The notes under the pieces: generated by a model
Database searches by the model: none
Seen by the model: only the letters and a program-made list of their open reading frames with translations
Told to the model about the DNA's origin: nothing
NCBI GenBank assembly: GCA_964399545.1
Contig: CAYNRG010000004.1
Location: 16,735-80,734 of the forward strand
Length of the DNA: 64,000 nt
Reading direction: 5' to 3'
Origin: an uncultured Erysipelotrichaceae bacterium
Lineage (GTDB): Bacteria > Bacillota_I > Bacilli_A > Erysipelotrichales > Erysipelotrichaceae
Translations under genes and position numbers: made by a program
In this document: one piece after another, positions 1 through 8,769 of the stretch
How the letters are laid out: each line of letters begins with the position of its first letter
How positions within the stretch are numbered: the stretch's first letter is position 1

Positions 1-1098
1 TGGAACTATGAAGACGGTTGTGTTTTAATGGGTGCAAAGCAGATTTATGAGGTAACGCAAGATGAAATGTATAAGAACTTTATCTTTAGATACTTAGCAG
101 ACTTTATTTTAGATGATGGAACAATTCGAAATTATGATACTGATGAGTATAACATTGATAATATCAATGCAGGGAAAATTTTATACTTTGCTTATGATCA
201 AACGAAGGATGAAAAGTATTTTAAAGCTATCAATTTTCTAATGAACCAGTTAGAAAATCATCCGCGAACAAGTAGTGGAAATTTTTTCCATAAAAAACTT
301 TATCCGTATCAAATATGGTTAGACGGGTTATACATGGCCCAGCCATTTTATATGGAGTATGAGACACGATTTAATGGCAAGAATAGATACAATGATATCT
401 TACATCAATTCAAAAATACAAATAAATATTTATATAATGCTGAGACTAAATTATACTATCATGCCTACGATGAGACGCGTAGTATGTTTTGGGCTGATTC
501 TGAAACAGGGTGTTCAAAAAATTACTGGCTTAGATCAATGGGATGGTTTTTAATGGCACTTGTGGATGTTATGGAAGTTATGAGTAAAGAGATGTATGAA
601 CATTATGATGAATATCGTCAACTTTTTAAAGAAGCTATTGATGGAATTTTAAGATATCAAGATCCAAAATCTAAGCTATTCTATCAAGTAATTGATCACC
701 CTGAGGTTAAGGATAATTACTTAGAGACATCAGGAACAGTGATGATAGCATATGCTCTTTTAAAAGGAGTCCGATTGAATGTTTTAAGTAAAGAGCATTA
801 CATCACAATTGCTAAAGAAGTATTCGATCAATTAACTATTCATAAATTGGTTCAAGGGGTGGATGGATTATATCATTTAGAAGGTATTTGTCATGTGGCA
901 GGGCTTGGACCAGATGATAAACCATACCGTGATGGAAGTATTGAATATTATCTAAGTGAAGATATAGTAAGCGATGATTCAAAAGGCGTTGGGACATGGA
1001 TGATGGCACTAGCCGAAAGGTTAAGGTCTTGTGAAAGTGAAGAAGAAAAATCTATAGTTTATAAAATGTATCAAGATAAGAAAGGGGACTGTCAATGA
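1..1098 (+). CDS. Unsaturated rhamnogalacturonyl hydrolase, GH105 (YteR/YesR-like); 5' end cut by window edge
   Basis: The frame is open from base 1 (WNYEDGCVL precedes the first Met at 28). The sequence resembles the YteR family throughout (..IWLDGLYMAQPFY.., WLRSMGWF..). It lies in a pectin-utilisation context with GH28 and YesL. Confidence 0.8.
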   Translation, partial: WNYEDGCVLMGAKQIYEVTQDEMYKNFIFRYLADFILDDGTIRNYDTDEYNIDNINAGKILYFAYDQTKDEKYFKAINFLMNQLENHPRTSSGNFFHKKLYPYQIWLDGLYMAQPFYMEYETRFNGKNRYNDILHQFKNTNKYLYNAETKLYYHAYDETRSMFWADSETGCSKNYWLRSMGWFLMALVDVMEVMSKEMYEHYDEYRQLFKEAIDGILRYQDPKSKLFYQVIDHPEVKDNYLETSGTVMIAYALLKGVRLNVLSKEHYITIAKEVFDQLTIHKLVQGVDGLYHLEGICHVAGLGPDDKPYRDGSIEYYLSEDIVSDDSKGVGTWMMALAERLRSCESEEEKSIVYKMYQDKKGDCQ

Positions 1099-2030
1099 CA
1101 ACAATTTTGAAGGAAAAAGAAATTCTGCGGACTCCTAGAAAAGTAAGAATCAAGAAATGCCTCGAGCGTAATATTGGTTGGATTTTTATTGCACCTTGGA
1201 TTATTGGTTTCTTAGTATTTAAAGCTTATCCGATGATAGCTTCGTTGTATTATAGCTTCACAGACTTTCATTTGTTTAGAGGAATTTCTGAGCATGGATT
1301 CTTTAATTATATAAGAATAGCTACTGATCCTAATATAAAAAAATCAATTATGGTTACTTTTCAATATGCATTTCTTACAGTGCCTTTGAAACTTGTTGCG
1401 GCATTATTTATTGCCTACATTTTAAACTTTAAACTAAAAGGGGTGAAGATGTTTAGGACAGCCTACTATATTCCTTCAATATTAGGTGGTTCGGTAGCGA
1501 TAGCGGTATTATGGAAAGCATTATTTAGAATGGATGGAGTAATTAACTATATTATTACGGCATTTGGTGGTACTGCAATTAATTGGTTAGCAGATCCAAA
1601 TTACGCTATTTGGATTATATCTTTGTTGCGTGTATGGCAATTTGGTAGTGCTATGGTAATCTTCTTAGCTGCTTTAAAAGCGGTTCCTACAGAATTATAT
1701 GAAGCAGCAGCGATTGATGGAGCAGGAAAATGGAGGCAGTTCTTTAAGGTGACAATTCCATTAATAACACCAGTAATATTCTATAATTTTATTACACAAA
1801 TTGCTCAAGCGTTTCAAGAATTTAACGGTCCATATATTATTACTCAAGGTGGTCCACTTCGATCAACGACTGTTATGTCACTGTTAGTCTATAATAATGC
1901 TTTCCAAGAATATAAGATGGGTCTAGGTAGTGCGATAGCTTGGGTATTGTTTATCTTTGTATTATTATTTACTGTTGTGGCCTTTGCATCTCAACGTTTT
2001 TGGGTGTATTACGATGATGAGGGGAGATAA
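1095..2030 (+). CDS. ABC carbohydrate transporter permease (MalF/UgpA-like)
   Basis: About 6 TM helices and an EAA-type loop (ELYEAAAIDGAGKWRQFFKVTIP). The ATGA start overlaps the upstream stop. Confidence 0.85.
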   Translation: MTTILKEKEILRTPRKVRIKKCLERNIGWIFIAPWIIGFLVFKAYPMIASLYYSFTDFHLFRGISEHGFFNYIRIATDPNIKKSIMVTFQYAFLTVPLKLVAALFIAYILNFKLKGVKMFRTAYYIPSILGGSVAIAVLWKALFRMDGVINYIITAFGGTAINWLADPNYAIWIISLLRVWQFGSAMVIFLAALKAVPTELYEAAAIDGAGKWRQFFKVTIPLITPVIFYNFITQIAQAFQEFNGPYIITQGGPLRSTTVMSLLVYNNAFQEYKMGLGSAIAWVLFIFVLLFTVVAFASQRFWVYYDDEGR

Positions 2031-2034
2031 GTAA

Positions 2035-2919
2035 ATGAGCAGAGTAAGGAAAAAACCATTATTAAGCAAGCACAATAAAGCCAAGCTATCTACATTTTTA
2101 CGATATAGTGTATTAGTCTTAGTAGGATTTGTTATGATTTATCCATTATTGTGGATGGTGAGTGCCACGTTTAAAGAAAATAGTGAAATCTTTAGTTCCT
2201 TGAATTTAATTCCGCAAACAGTAACCTATAGCGGTTATCAAAATGCATTTAAGAAAATCGGAGGAGATTTGGGGTTTATTGAAGCCATGTTGAACACGTA
2301 TAAAATTGTTCTACCTAAAGTTATCTTCACTATTATTTCATGCACGATTGCAGCTTATGGATTTGGCAGATTCAAATTTAAAGGACGAGATTTACTTTTT
2401 TCCATTATGATTTCTACTTTATTCCTTCCGCAAGTTGTTTTGAATATTCCACAGTTTGTATTATTTAACCAATTAGGTTGGGTGGACCACCCACTTTACC
2501 TTGCATTAATAGTGCCTTCGCTTTTTGCGGTAGATACATACTTTGTTTTTATGCTTGTTCAATTTTTGAGAAATGTACCAAAAGAGCTTGAAGAAGCAGC
2601 GAAGATTGATGGTGCTAATGTATTTCAAATATTGTGGAGAGTTATTGTTCCTATGTTGAAACCAGCGATTGTATCGGTAGGGTTATTTCAATTTATGTGG
2701 TCAAGCAATGACTTTATGGGGCCATTACTCTATGTTAAGACACCATCAAATAAGGTGGTTGCACAATATGTAAAATTGGCTATGGATGCAGATAATGGGT
2801 TTGATTGGAATAGAGTTTTGGCTATTTCGCTGATTTCCATTATCCCATCTTTGGTGGTTTTCTTCCTTGCACAAGATAGCTTTGTAGAAGGGATATCAGC
2901 AGGAGGAGTAAAGGGATAA
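2035..2919 (+). CDS. ABC carbohydrate transporter permease (MalG/UgpE-like)
   Basis: EAA loop (ELEEAAKIDGANVFQILWRVIVP), polytopic, directly follows the first permease. Confidence 0.85.
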   Translation: MSRVRKKPLLSKHNKAKLSTFLRYSVLVLVGFVMIYPLLWMVSATFKENSEIFSSLNLIPQTVTYSGYQNAFKKIGGDLGFIEAMLNTYKIVLPKVIFTIISCTIAAYGFGRFKFKGRDLLFSIMISTLFLPQVVLNIPQFVLFNQLGWVDHPLYLALIVPSLFAVDTYFVFMLVQFLRNVPKELEEAAKIDGANVFQILWRVIVPMLKPAIVSVGLFQFMWSSNDFMGPLLYVKTPSNKVVAQYVKLAMDADNGFDWNRVLAISLISIIPSLVVFFLAQDSFVEGISAGGVKG

Positions 2920-2965
2920 TAGAGAGTAGATTACTACTCTTTTTCTATAGAATAGGAGGTAGATT

Positions 2966-4525
2966 ATGATTGAAATTAAACTAATTACCGCTCGTAGTGT
3001 GACGGTTGAGGTTCACCAAGAAGATGCTTATTATAGTGGAGAGAGTATAGATTTGTATTTGAATGAAGATTTTGTAATGAGGACCAACCGAGTTAATGTT
3101 AGCCTGTTTAATCTTAAACCAAATACAATATATACCTTGCAAGTAAAGAGGTGTAATGAATTAATCGAAAGTACTCAGTTTAAGACAAAGGGTGAATATG
3201 TTACCCTAAATGTTAAGGATTTTGGTGCAAAAGGAGATGGTTATCAAGATGATACACACTATATTCAAGCTGCTATTCTAGCTTGCCCTAAAAATTCAAG
3301 AGTACTAGTGCCTAAGGGACGGTATCTAGTTCGACAATTGTTCTTGACTAGTAACATTCAAATAGAAATAGCCAAAGATGCTATTATTTTGGGTAACACG
3401 AATAGAGAGGATTTGGCTATCTTTAGAGGAGAAATTGAAAGTTACGATAAAAACGAGTACTATAATTTGGGTACATGGGAAGGGAATCCGTTGGATATGT
3501 ATGCCGGAATTATTACTATGATTAATGTTGAAAATGTTGTTTTGTACGGAGAAGGAACTATTGATGGACAATCTAGTGATAAAAATTGGTGGAGAAATCC
3601 AAAGGAACAGCCTCAAAATATTTTTCGTCCAAGGCTATTATTTGTCTCCAATAGTTGCGATGTTACAGTGCAAGGACTAACATTTAGAAATTCTCCATCG
3701 TGGAATATTCATCCTTATTTTTCAAAGAGAATTGCTTTATACTCAATATCCATTCAGAGTGAAAAGGATTCTCCAAACACAGATGGAATTGATATTGAAT
3801 CGTGTAGTGGAGTTACAGTAGAGGGCTGTCACTTTAACTTAGGAGATGATTGTATTGCTATAAAATCAGGTAAAATTTATATGGCTAAGAAGTATAATGT
3901 TCCATCAAAAAATATTACTATCCGTCATTGTTTGATGGAGAATGGTCATGGAGCGGTTACACTAGGCAGTGAATTAGCAGGAGGAGTCTATGATGTTAAA
4001 GTTGATTCTTGTTTGTTTATCAAAACAGATCGAGGGCTGAGAATAAAGACACGAAGGGGACGAGGGGAATTAGCTAAAATTGATAATATTTACTTTAATA
4101 AAATAAAAATGCAGGATGTTTTAACTCCATTTGTGACAAATAGTTTTTATTTTTGTGATCCTGATGGAAAAAGTGATTATGTTCAATGTGAGACAAAGTT
4201 AGATGTTGACAATAGAACTCCATCCATTGGATCATTGTATTTTAAAAATATTATTTGTAATAACGCACATGTAGCTGCTGGATATTTTGCTGGACTGCCA
4301 GAGAGAAAAATTAAACTGATTTATATGGAAAATGTGGATGTCCATTTTGCGAAGGCGGCTATAATGGGAGTTCCAGCTATGCGTTGTAATATTGAACAAA
4401 TGACCAAAGGCGGATTTAATTTTTTACATGTAAATGAAATTGAATTAAAAAATGTAAATATTACAGGGAATAAAGAGGATGATTTTATTTATAACGATGT
4501 AAAGGACGTGAAAACATATGAATAG
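2966..4525 (+). CDS. Glycoside hydrolase family 28 (exo-polygalacturonase-like), no signal peptide
   Basis: GH28 catalytic motifs are present: NTDGIDIE, GDDCIAIKSG, GHGAVTLGSE, RGLRIKT. There is an N-terminal FN3-like extension and an RBS (aggagg) upstream. Confidence 0.85.
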   Translation: MIEIKLITARSVTVEVHQEDAYYSGESIDLYLNEDFVMRTNRVNVSLFNLKPNTIYTLQVKRCNELIESTQFKTKGEYVTLNVKDFGAKGDGYQDDTHYIQAAILACPKNSRVLVPKGRYLVRQLFLTSNIQIEIAKDAIILGNTNREDLAIFRGEIESYDKNEYYNLGTWEGNPLDMYAGIITMINVENVVLYGEGTIDGQSSDKNWWRNPKEQPQNIFRPRLLFVSNSCDVTVQGLTFRNSPSWNIHPYFSKRIALYSISIQSEKDSPNTDGIDIESCSGVTVEGCHFNLGDDCIAIKSGKIYMAKKYNVPSKNITIRHCLMENGHGAVTLGSELAGGVYDVKVDSCLFIKTDRGLRIKTRRGRGELAKIDNIYFNKIKMQDVLTPFVTNSFYFCDPDGKSDYVQCETKLDVDNRTPSIGSLYFKNIICNNAHVAAGYFAGLPERKIKLIYMENVDVHFAKAAIMGVPAMRCNIEQMTKGGFNFLHVNEIELKNVNITGNKEDDFIYNDVKDVKTYE

Positions 4526-5357
4526 TGTAGGCATACGATTGCATGATGTAGAAGGTGTAGGAATAGAAGAAAAGATTAATGAAGCCTATCGCCAAGGATT
4601 TAAGTGTGTTCATCTTGCTGTAAATAAGATTGAATCAAACTTCAAAATTGAACTATTGGATAAATGCTATTCCAACAAACTAAAAAAGTTATTAAATGAA
4701 AAAAAGATGACCCTAGCTATTTTGGGTTGTTATAAAAATTTAGCACATCCGTCGGATAAACAATTAAAAAAAATTAAAGAACAGTACTATCGTCATATTG
4801 ATTTTGTCGCAATGATGAATCAGGGAATTGTAGGGACTGAAACAGGCTGTCCTAATGCGGAATATAAGTGGGATAAAGATACTCATAGTGAACCTGCTCT
4901 ACAATTTTTTATAGAGCAACTTAAATATGTGGTAAATTATGCAGAAGAAAAAGGAGTGATTATAGCGATAGAGCCGGTTTATAAACATATCGTTCATTCT
5001 TCAAAGGTGGCTCGCCGGGTGTTAGATGAAATTGACAGCACCTCATTAAAGATTATTTTTGATCCGGTTAACCTTCTTTCCATAACTAATATTGAATATA
5101 GGGAACACATCTTTAAAGAAGCGATTGAACTTCTAGGGAAAGATATTGTCGCCGTTCATATTAAAGACTACTACATAGAAGATGGAGAGATTAAAGCCAC
5201 CTGTTGCGGATTAGGTGAAATGAACTTTGATATAGTTACATCCTTTCTTGCAAATCATAGAGATATACCAATTACACTAGAGAATACTACAGCGGATAAT
5301 GCTGAAAAGGCTCGCTTATTTCTTCAACAAAAAATCGATACAAATAATATTATTTAA
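4518..5357 (+). CDS. Sugar phosphate isomerase/epimerase (xylose isomerase-like TIM barrel)
   Basis: Family-typical layout (..IAIEPV.., ..FDPVNLL.., ..VHIKD..). It overlaps the GH28 stop by 8 nt, consistent with one operon. Confidence 0.65.
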   Translation: MNSVGIRLHDVEGVGIEEKINEAYRQGFKCVHLAVNKIESNFKIELLDKCYSNKLKKLLNEKKMTLAILGCYKNLAHPSDKQLKKIKEQYYRHIDFVAMMNQGIVGTETGCPNAEYKWDKDTHSEPALQFFIEQLKYVVNYAEEKGVIIAIEPVYKHIVHSSKVARRVLDEIDSTSLKIIFDPVNLLSITNIEYREHIFKEAIELLGKDIVAVHIKDYYIEDGEIKATCCGLGEMNFDIVTSFLANHRDIPITLENTTADNAEKARLFLQQKIDTNNII

Positions 5358-5373
5358 TATTATTTGTATCGAT
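5334..5373. repeat. Perfect 18-bp/18-bp inverted repeat (4-nt loop) spanning the convergent 3' ends of two genes
   Basis: atcgatacaaataatatt-attt-aatattatttgtatcgat, read directly. Both convergent ORFs therefore end in ..IDTNNI. Confidence 0.9.
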
Positions 5374-5988
5374 GTAAATATTGAAAATTTTGTTAAATTG
5401 CTTACTGAATATATAAGCTAATAAAGCAATGCCAAAAGAAAACAAAAATAGTGTGCCATAGACTAATAGTACAGATGATGATATATAAAAGAGTAAAAGA
5501 AGAATTGTAAACAATACAAGGAATAAAGTTTGTTTAATATGCTTGAAGGAAAGAATAAAACTATATCGAAAGGATTGTTTGGCTGTATTATGGAATCTAG
5601 CTAAAATAGGAAATATATATAGCGCAGTGCAAAGAAAGAAAAAGCTGATTAGGAATAAAATTCCAGCGAATATGGCTTGTATCCAAGGTGCGGTAATGCC
5701 ACTTGTAAAGTAAAAATCAATACTAAGGATAAATCCAACGATAAGAAGGATAATCCATACTTTTGTCGCTACCTTAAAGTTATCTTTAAAACTAGAAAAA
5801 TAATCAGAGAAGACAGAAATATCTTTGTTTCTATCAAGTTTCATTGTGCAGTAATAAAGCGCTGTTGTACTAGCACCAATTGTGATAATTGGAAGGGATG
5901 TTAGAACCCATAAAAGATTTAATAATACGAAGTGACTAAAGAAGTTTAACTTTTCCATAAAGGAAGAATCTAAATTAAAAAATTTCAT
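5350..5988 (-). CDS. YesL-family (DUF624) membrane protein
   Basis: Six hydrophobic helices and the N-terminal pattern typical of YesL proteins (..LNLLWVLTSLPIITIGASTTALYY..). YesL genes accompany rhamnogalacturonan loci in Bacillus. Confidence 0.7.
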   Translation of the reverse strand: MKFFNLDSSFMEKLNFFSHFVLLNLLWVLTSLPIITIGASTTALYYCTMKLDRNKDISVFSDYFSSFKDNFKVATKVWIILLIVGFILSIDFYFTSGITAPWIQAIFAGILFLISFFFLCTALYIFPILARFHNTAKQSFRYSFILSFKHIKQTLFLVLFTILLLLFYISSSVLLVYGTLFLFSFGIALLAYIFSKQFNKIFNIYIDTNNIK

Positions 5989-6394
5989 AGTGAAAAGTCC
6001 TCATTTTCTAATTATATTATATCAAATAAATAATGTTTTTTAAATAAATGAACGAATAGATTACTACGAATTACAATATTAAGTTAATTAGTTGATAAAA
6101 GTTTTGCTATCATGGGTAATTAGCTTAATTCGAACTTTCTTGCTATTTAATTTTGTATCTAACCTATTGAACTCGATATCGTGCTTAAGCAGATAAAATT
6201 AATTGAGTGGATAGACTTTAATTATAGGAATGTATAGTGAACAGTAGCCTTATAAATTGAACAAGAGTTTTAAGTATATTTTAGTAAATAAGGTAGATTT
6301 TTTAATTTCAGATTCTAATAATTTTTGAATAATGATTAAATATATTGATTTTTATTATATTTCGTTATAGTATTCTATATAAGGTAGGTGTGAT

Positions 6395-7063
6395 ATGTTG
6401 AAGCGAATATTATTTGTTGAAGATGATAAAGAATATGGAGAAATGATATCTCAAGTTTTAAGAAATCAAGGGTATATTGTTGATTATTTTTATAATCCTT
6501 TAGAAGCGCTTGAGCATGCAACAATCCATCAGTTTGATTGTATTTTATCTGATTATAAATTGGGATTAATGACAGGTGTTAAAGTAGTGAGTATGGTAAG
6601 GAACATGCAACGAGGGATAAAAGTCGTGATATTGACTGGTTGTGATGAAGAAAGTTGCGAAATTGACTCAGTCGTAAATGGAGTGGATATGTTTCTTTCC
6701 AAGGATAAGAGTATTAAGGTATTATTGACATATATTAATCAAGTGTTATCACAAGAGAGGACAGCAATATTAAATTTGAGCTCTACTGTAGAAAAAATTG
6801 TTGTTAATACAGAAAAGCATGAAGTTTATAAGGATTCAGTTCGAGTGAATTTAACGCCGAAGGAATATATGCTGCTTCAATATTTTTTAGAGAATAAAAA
6901 TAAGAAGATAACACGACAAGAATTTATAGAGAAAGTATGGCATATGGAATATGAGGAGATTGATCCTAGAATTATTGATGTGCATATAAAGAATTTGAGA
7001 GATAAATTACAAACTTTTTCTATTGTTTCAATTCGTGGATTTGGATATAAATGGCATGAATAA
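6395..7063 (+). CDS. Response regulator, OmpR/PhoB family (receiver plus winged-helix)
   Basis: Receiver motifs (ILFVEDD, ..ILSDYKLG.. acceptor Asp, ..KVVILTG..). C-terminal trans_reg_C-like region (LTPKEYMLLQYF.., IDVHIKNLRDKL, GFGYKW). Confidence 0.85.
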   Translation: MLKRILFVEDDKEYGEMISQVLRNQGYIVDYFYNPLEALEHATIHQFDCILSDYKLGLMTGVKVVSMVRNMQRGIKVVILTGCDEESCEIDSVVNGVDMFLSKDKSIKVLLTYINQVLSQERTAILNLSSTVEKIVVNTEKHEVYKDSVRVNLTPKEYMLLQYFLENKNKKITRQEFIEKVWHMEYEEIDPRIIDVHIKNLRDKLQTFSIVSIRGFGYKWHE

Positions 7064-8402
7064 GCAAAAAGTATTATCAATTATTATGGGATGCCTGCTA
7101 CTACTATATGTGATAGTGGCTTCCTTTTATTATAGAATATACTCAGATATTACTACTCATTTTGGAAACTATGAAATGTGGTATGTTAATCAAATAGAAG
7201 AAAAAGTGATTTCTGCCATTGAATCTGACAATCAAATCGATGAGTTGCAAGAGATAATAGAGCGATATGCAATGGAATTAATCATTAAAAAAGATAATAG
7301 AGTAATTTTTGAAACAATAAGTTTATCGGAAGGTTCAGAGCAATCAGGGATTATACATAATAAAGCGACACTTAGTGAGGTTAATGGCGACTTAGAGATT
7401 AGTGGTGAAGTGTACAATATTTACTATGCTATTTATCATTTGCCAGCTAATGTTTACTTTGATGATTTTTTGGTGCAAGGGAATCGATATTTAGTAATGC
7501 TAGTTATTGTTTTTCTAGCGATTATAATTTTGATTCAATATTTTTTGTATAAACCGTTATTGCAAGCAAAAGAAACTGTAAGCAATCTAGAGAAGTATGA
7601 TTTTGATAATATATCTATTGGAACAGATAGTGTTAATGAAAGTTTGTCTAGATTTTCATCAAAACTTGAAAAGGATATGAAAATTATTACTCGTCGACAT
7701 AGTCAGTTTGAGTTAGAACTTGAACAACAAAGATTAGCTCTTGAAAATATGATGATTTTCTCAAGAGCCATGGTTCATGATTTAAAAGGACCACTTCATA
7801 AGGTGATGATTTATAATGAATTAAATCATCAATCTCAAAAGACCTTAGATGAAATCACAAATTTTAATGTAGAAGAAGTATCTTCAATTATGCATAAAGT
7901 GAATCAAATATTGAAGATTATAAGTGAAAAGTCAAAGAGTATGGATCAAGAAAATGGCAAAATAGAAATTGATTGCATTGTCAGTGAAACTCTTAAGGTT
8001 TTTGATATTTTTATTGCTCAAAAGAGACTAAGTTTAAACGTAGAAGTTCCACAAGATATGGTTGTAAAATCTAATCTTGCTACGATAAGGTTATTGTTGC
8101 ATAATATTGTATCTAATATGATTCAGTACGCTCTTGAGAAAACTGAAATTGAGTTATTAATCTATTATAGTTCTAATAGAATGACGATTATTTCAAGAAA
8201 TAAAAGTAGCAGAAAAAATATTGAGCGAATGAGAAATAGTGAACAATTGTTTAACCAATTTGATAATGGAAAAGATAATGCTTTTGGAAGTGGAAATGGA
8301 TTACACTTAATTAAAGATTTGGCATTGATGTTAGATGGAGAATATAACTTTGAGATTGTTGATGATGTTGTAGAAGTGAAAACGGAAATAGTGGTGAAGT
8401 AA
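7056..8402 (+). CDS. Sensor histidine kinase (two TM helices, roughly 125-aa extracytoplasmic loop)
   Basis: H-box (FSRAMVHDLKGPLH) and a C-terminal ATPase region with G-box (GSGNGLHLIKDL). The start is set at the ATG that overlaps the regulator stop (ATGAATAA); the ORF-track TTG at 7023 is less likely. Confidence 0.8.
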   Translation: MNKQKVLSIIMGCLLLLYVIVASFYYRIYSDITTHFGNYEMWYVNQIEEKVISAIESDNQIDELQEIIERYAMELIIKKDNRVIFETISLSEGSEQSGIIHNKATLSEVNGDLEISGEVYNIYYAIYHLPANVYFDDFLVQGNRYLVMLVIVFLAIIILIQYFLYKPLLQAKETVSNLEKYDFDNISIGTDSVNESLSRFSSKLEKDMKIITRRHSQFELELEQQRLALENMMIFSRAMVHDLKGPLHKVMIYNELNHQSQKTLDEITNFNVEEVSSIMHKVNQILKIISEKSKSMDQENGKIEIDCIVSETLKVFDIFIAQKRLSLNVEVPQDMVVKSNLATIRLLLHNIVSNMIQYALEKTEIELLIYYSSNRMTIISRNKSSRKNIERMRNSEQLFNQFDNGKDNAFGSGNGLHLIKDLALMLDGEYNFEIVDDVVEVKTEIVVK

Positions 8403-8636
8403 ATGGACGAGAACATAAACCAAAACTATTATAGACTAGATAGCAACTATCTAGAGAATGAAGAGCAGCAATCAATATCTCCTAGTGAATTTTTTGATGA
8501 AAATCGCGAGATGAATAGTAGTAAACCGACGATAGAGTTACTCTATCTTCCTGTTTTTGTTGTGCTTTTAGCTTTTGCAACTACATTGGTTCAACTATAC
8601 AAATTGTTAATAAAAATTTATAGAAAAGTAGATTGA
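8403..8636 (+). CDS. Small tail-anchored membrane protein, acidic N-terminus (hypothetical)
   Basis: The start abuts the kinase stop (TAAATG). There is a single C-terminal TM helix (LLYLPVFVVLLAFATTLVQLY). No family was recognised. Confidence 0.4.
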   Translation: MDENINQNYYRLDSNYLENEEQQSISPSEFFDENREMNSSKPTIELLYLPVFVVLLAFATTLVQLYKLLIKIYRKVD

Positions 8637-8769
8637 TAAGTACCTAAACCCTTATAATTGAAAGGGATTTAGCGGAACAATTAACAAAACAAACAAAACA
8701 AATTGTTTCTTTACGGAAAACAAAAATGAATACCACTAGAATAGTAATTGATAGGTATAGGAGGTTACT

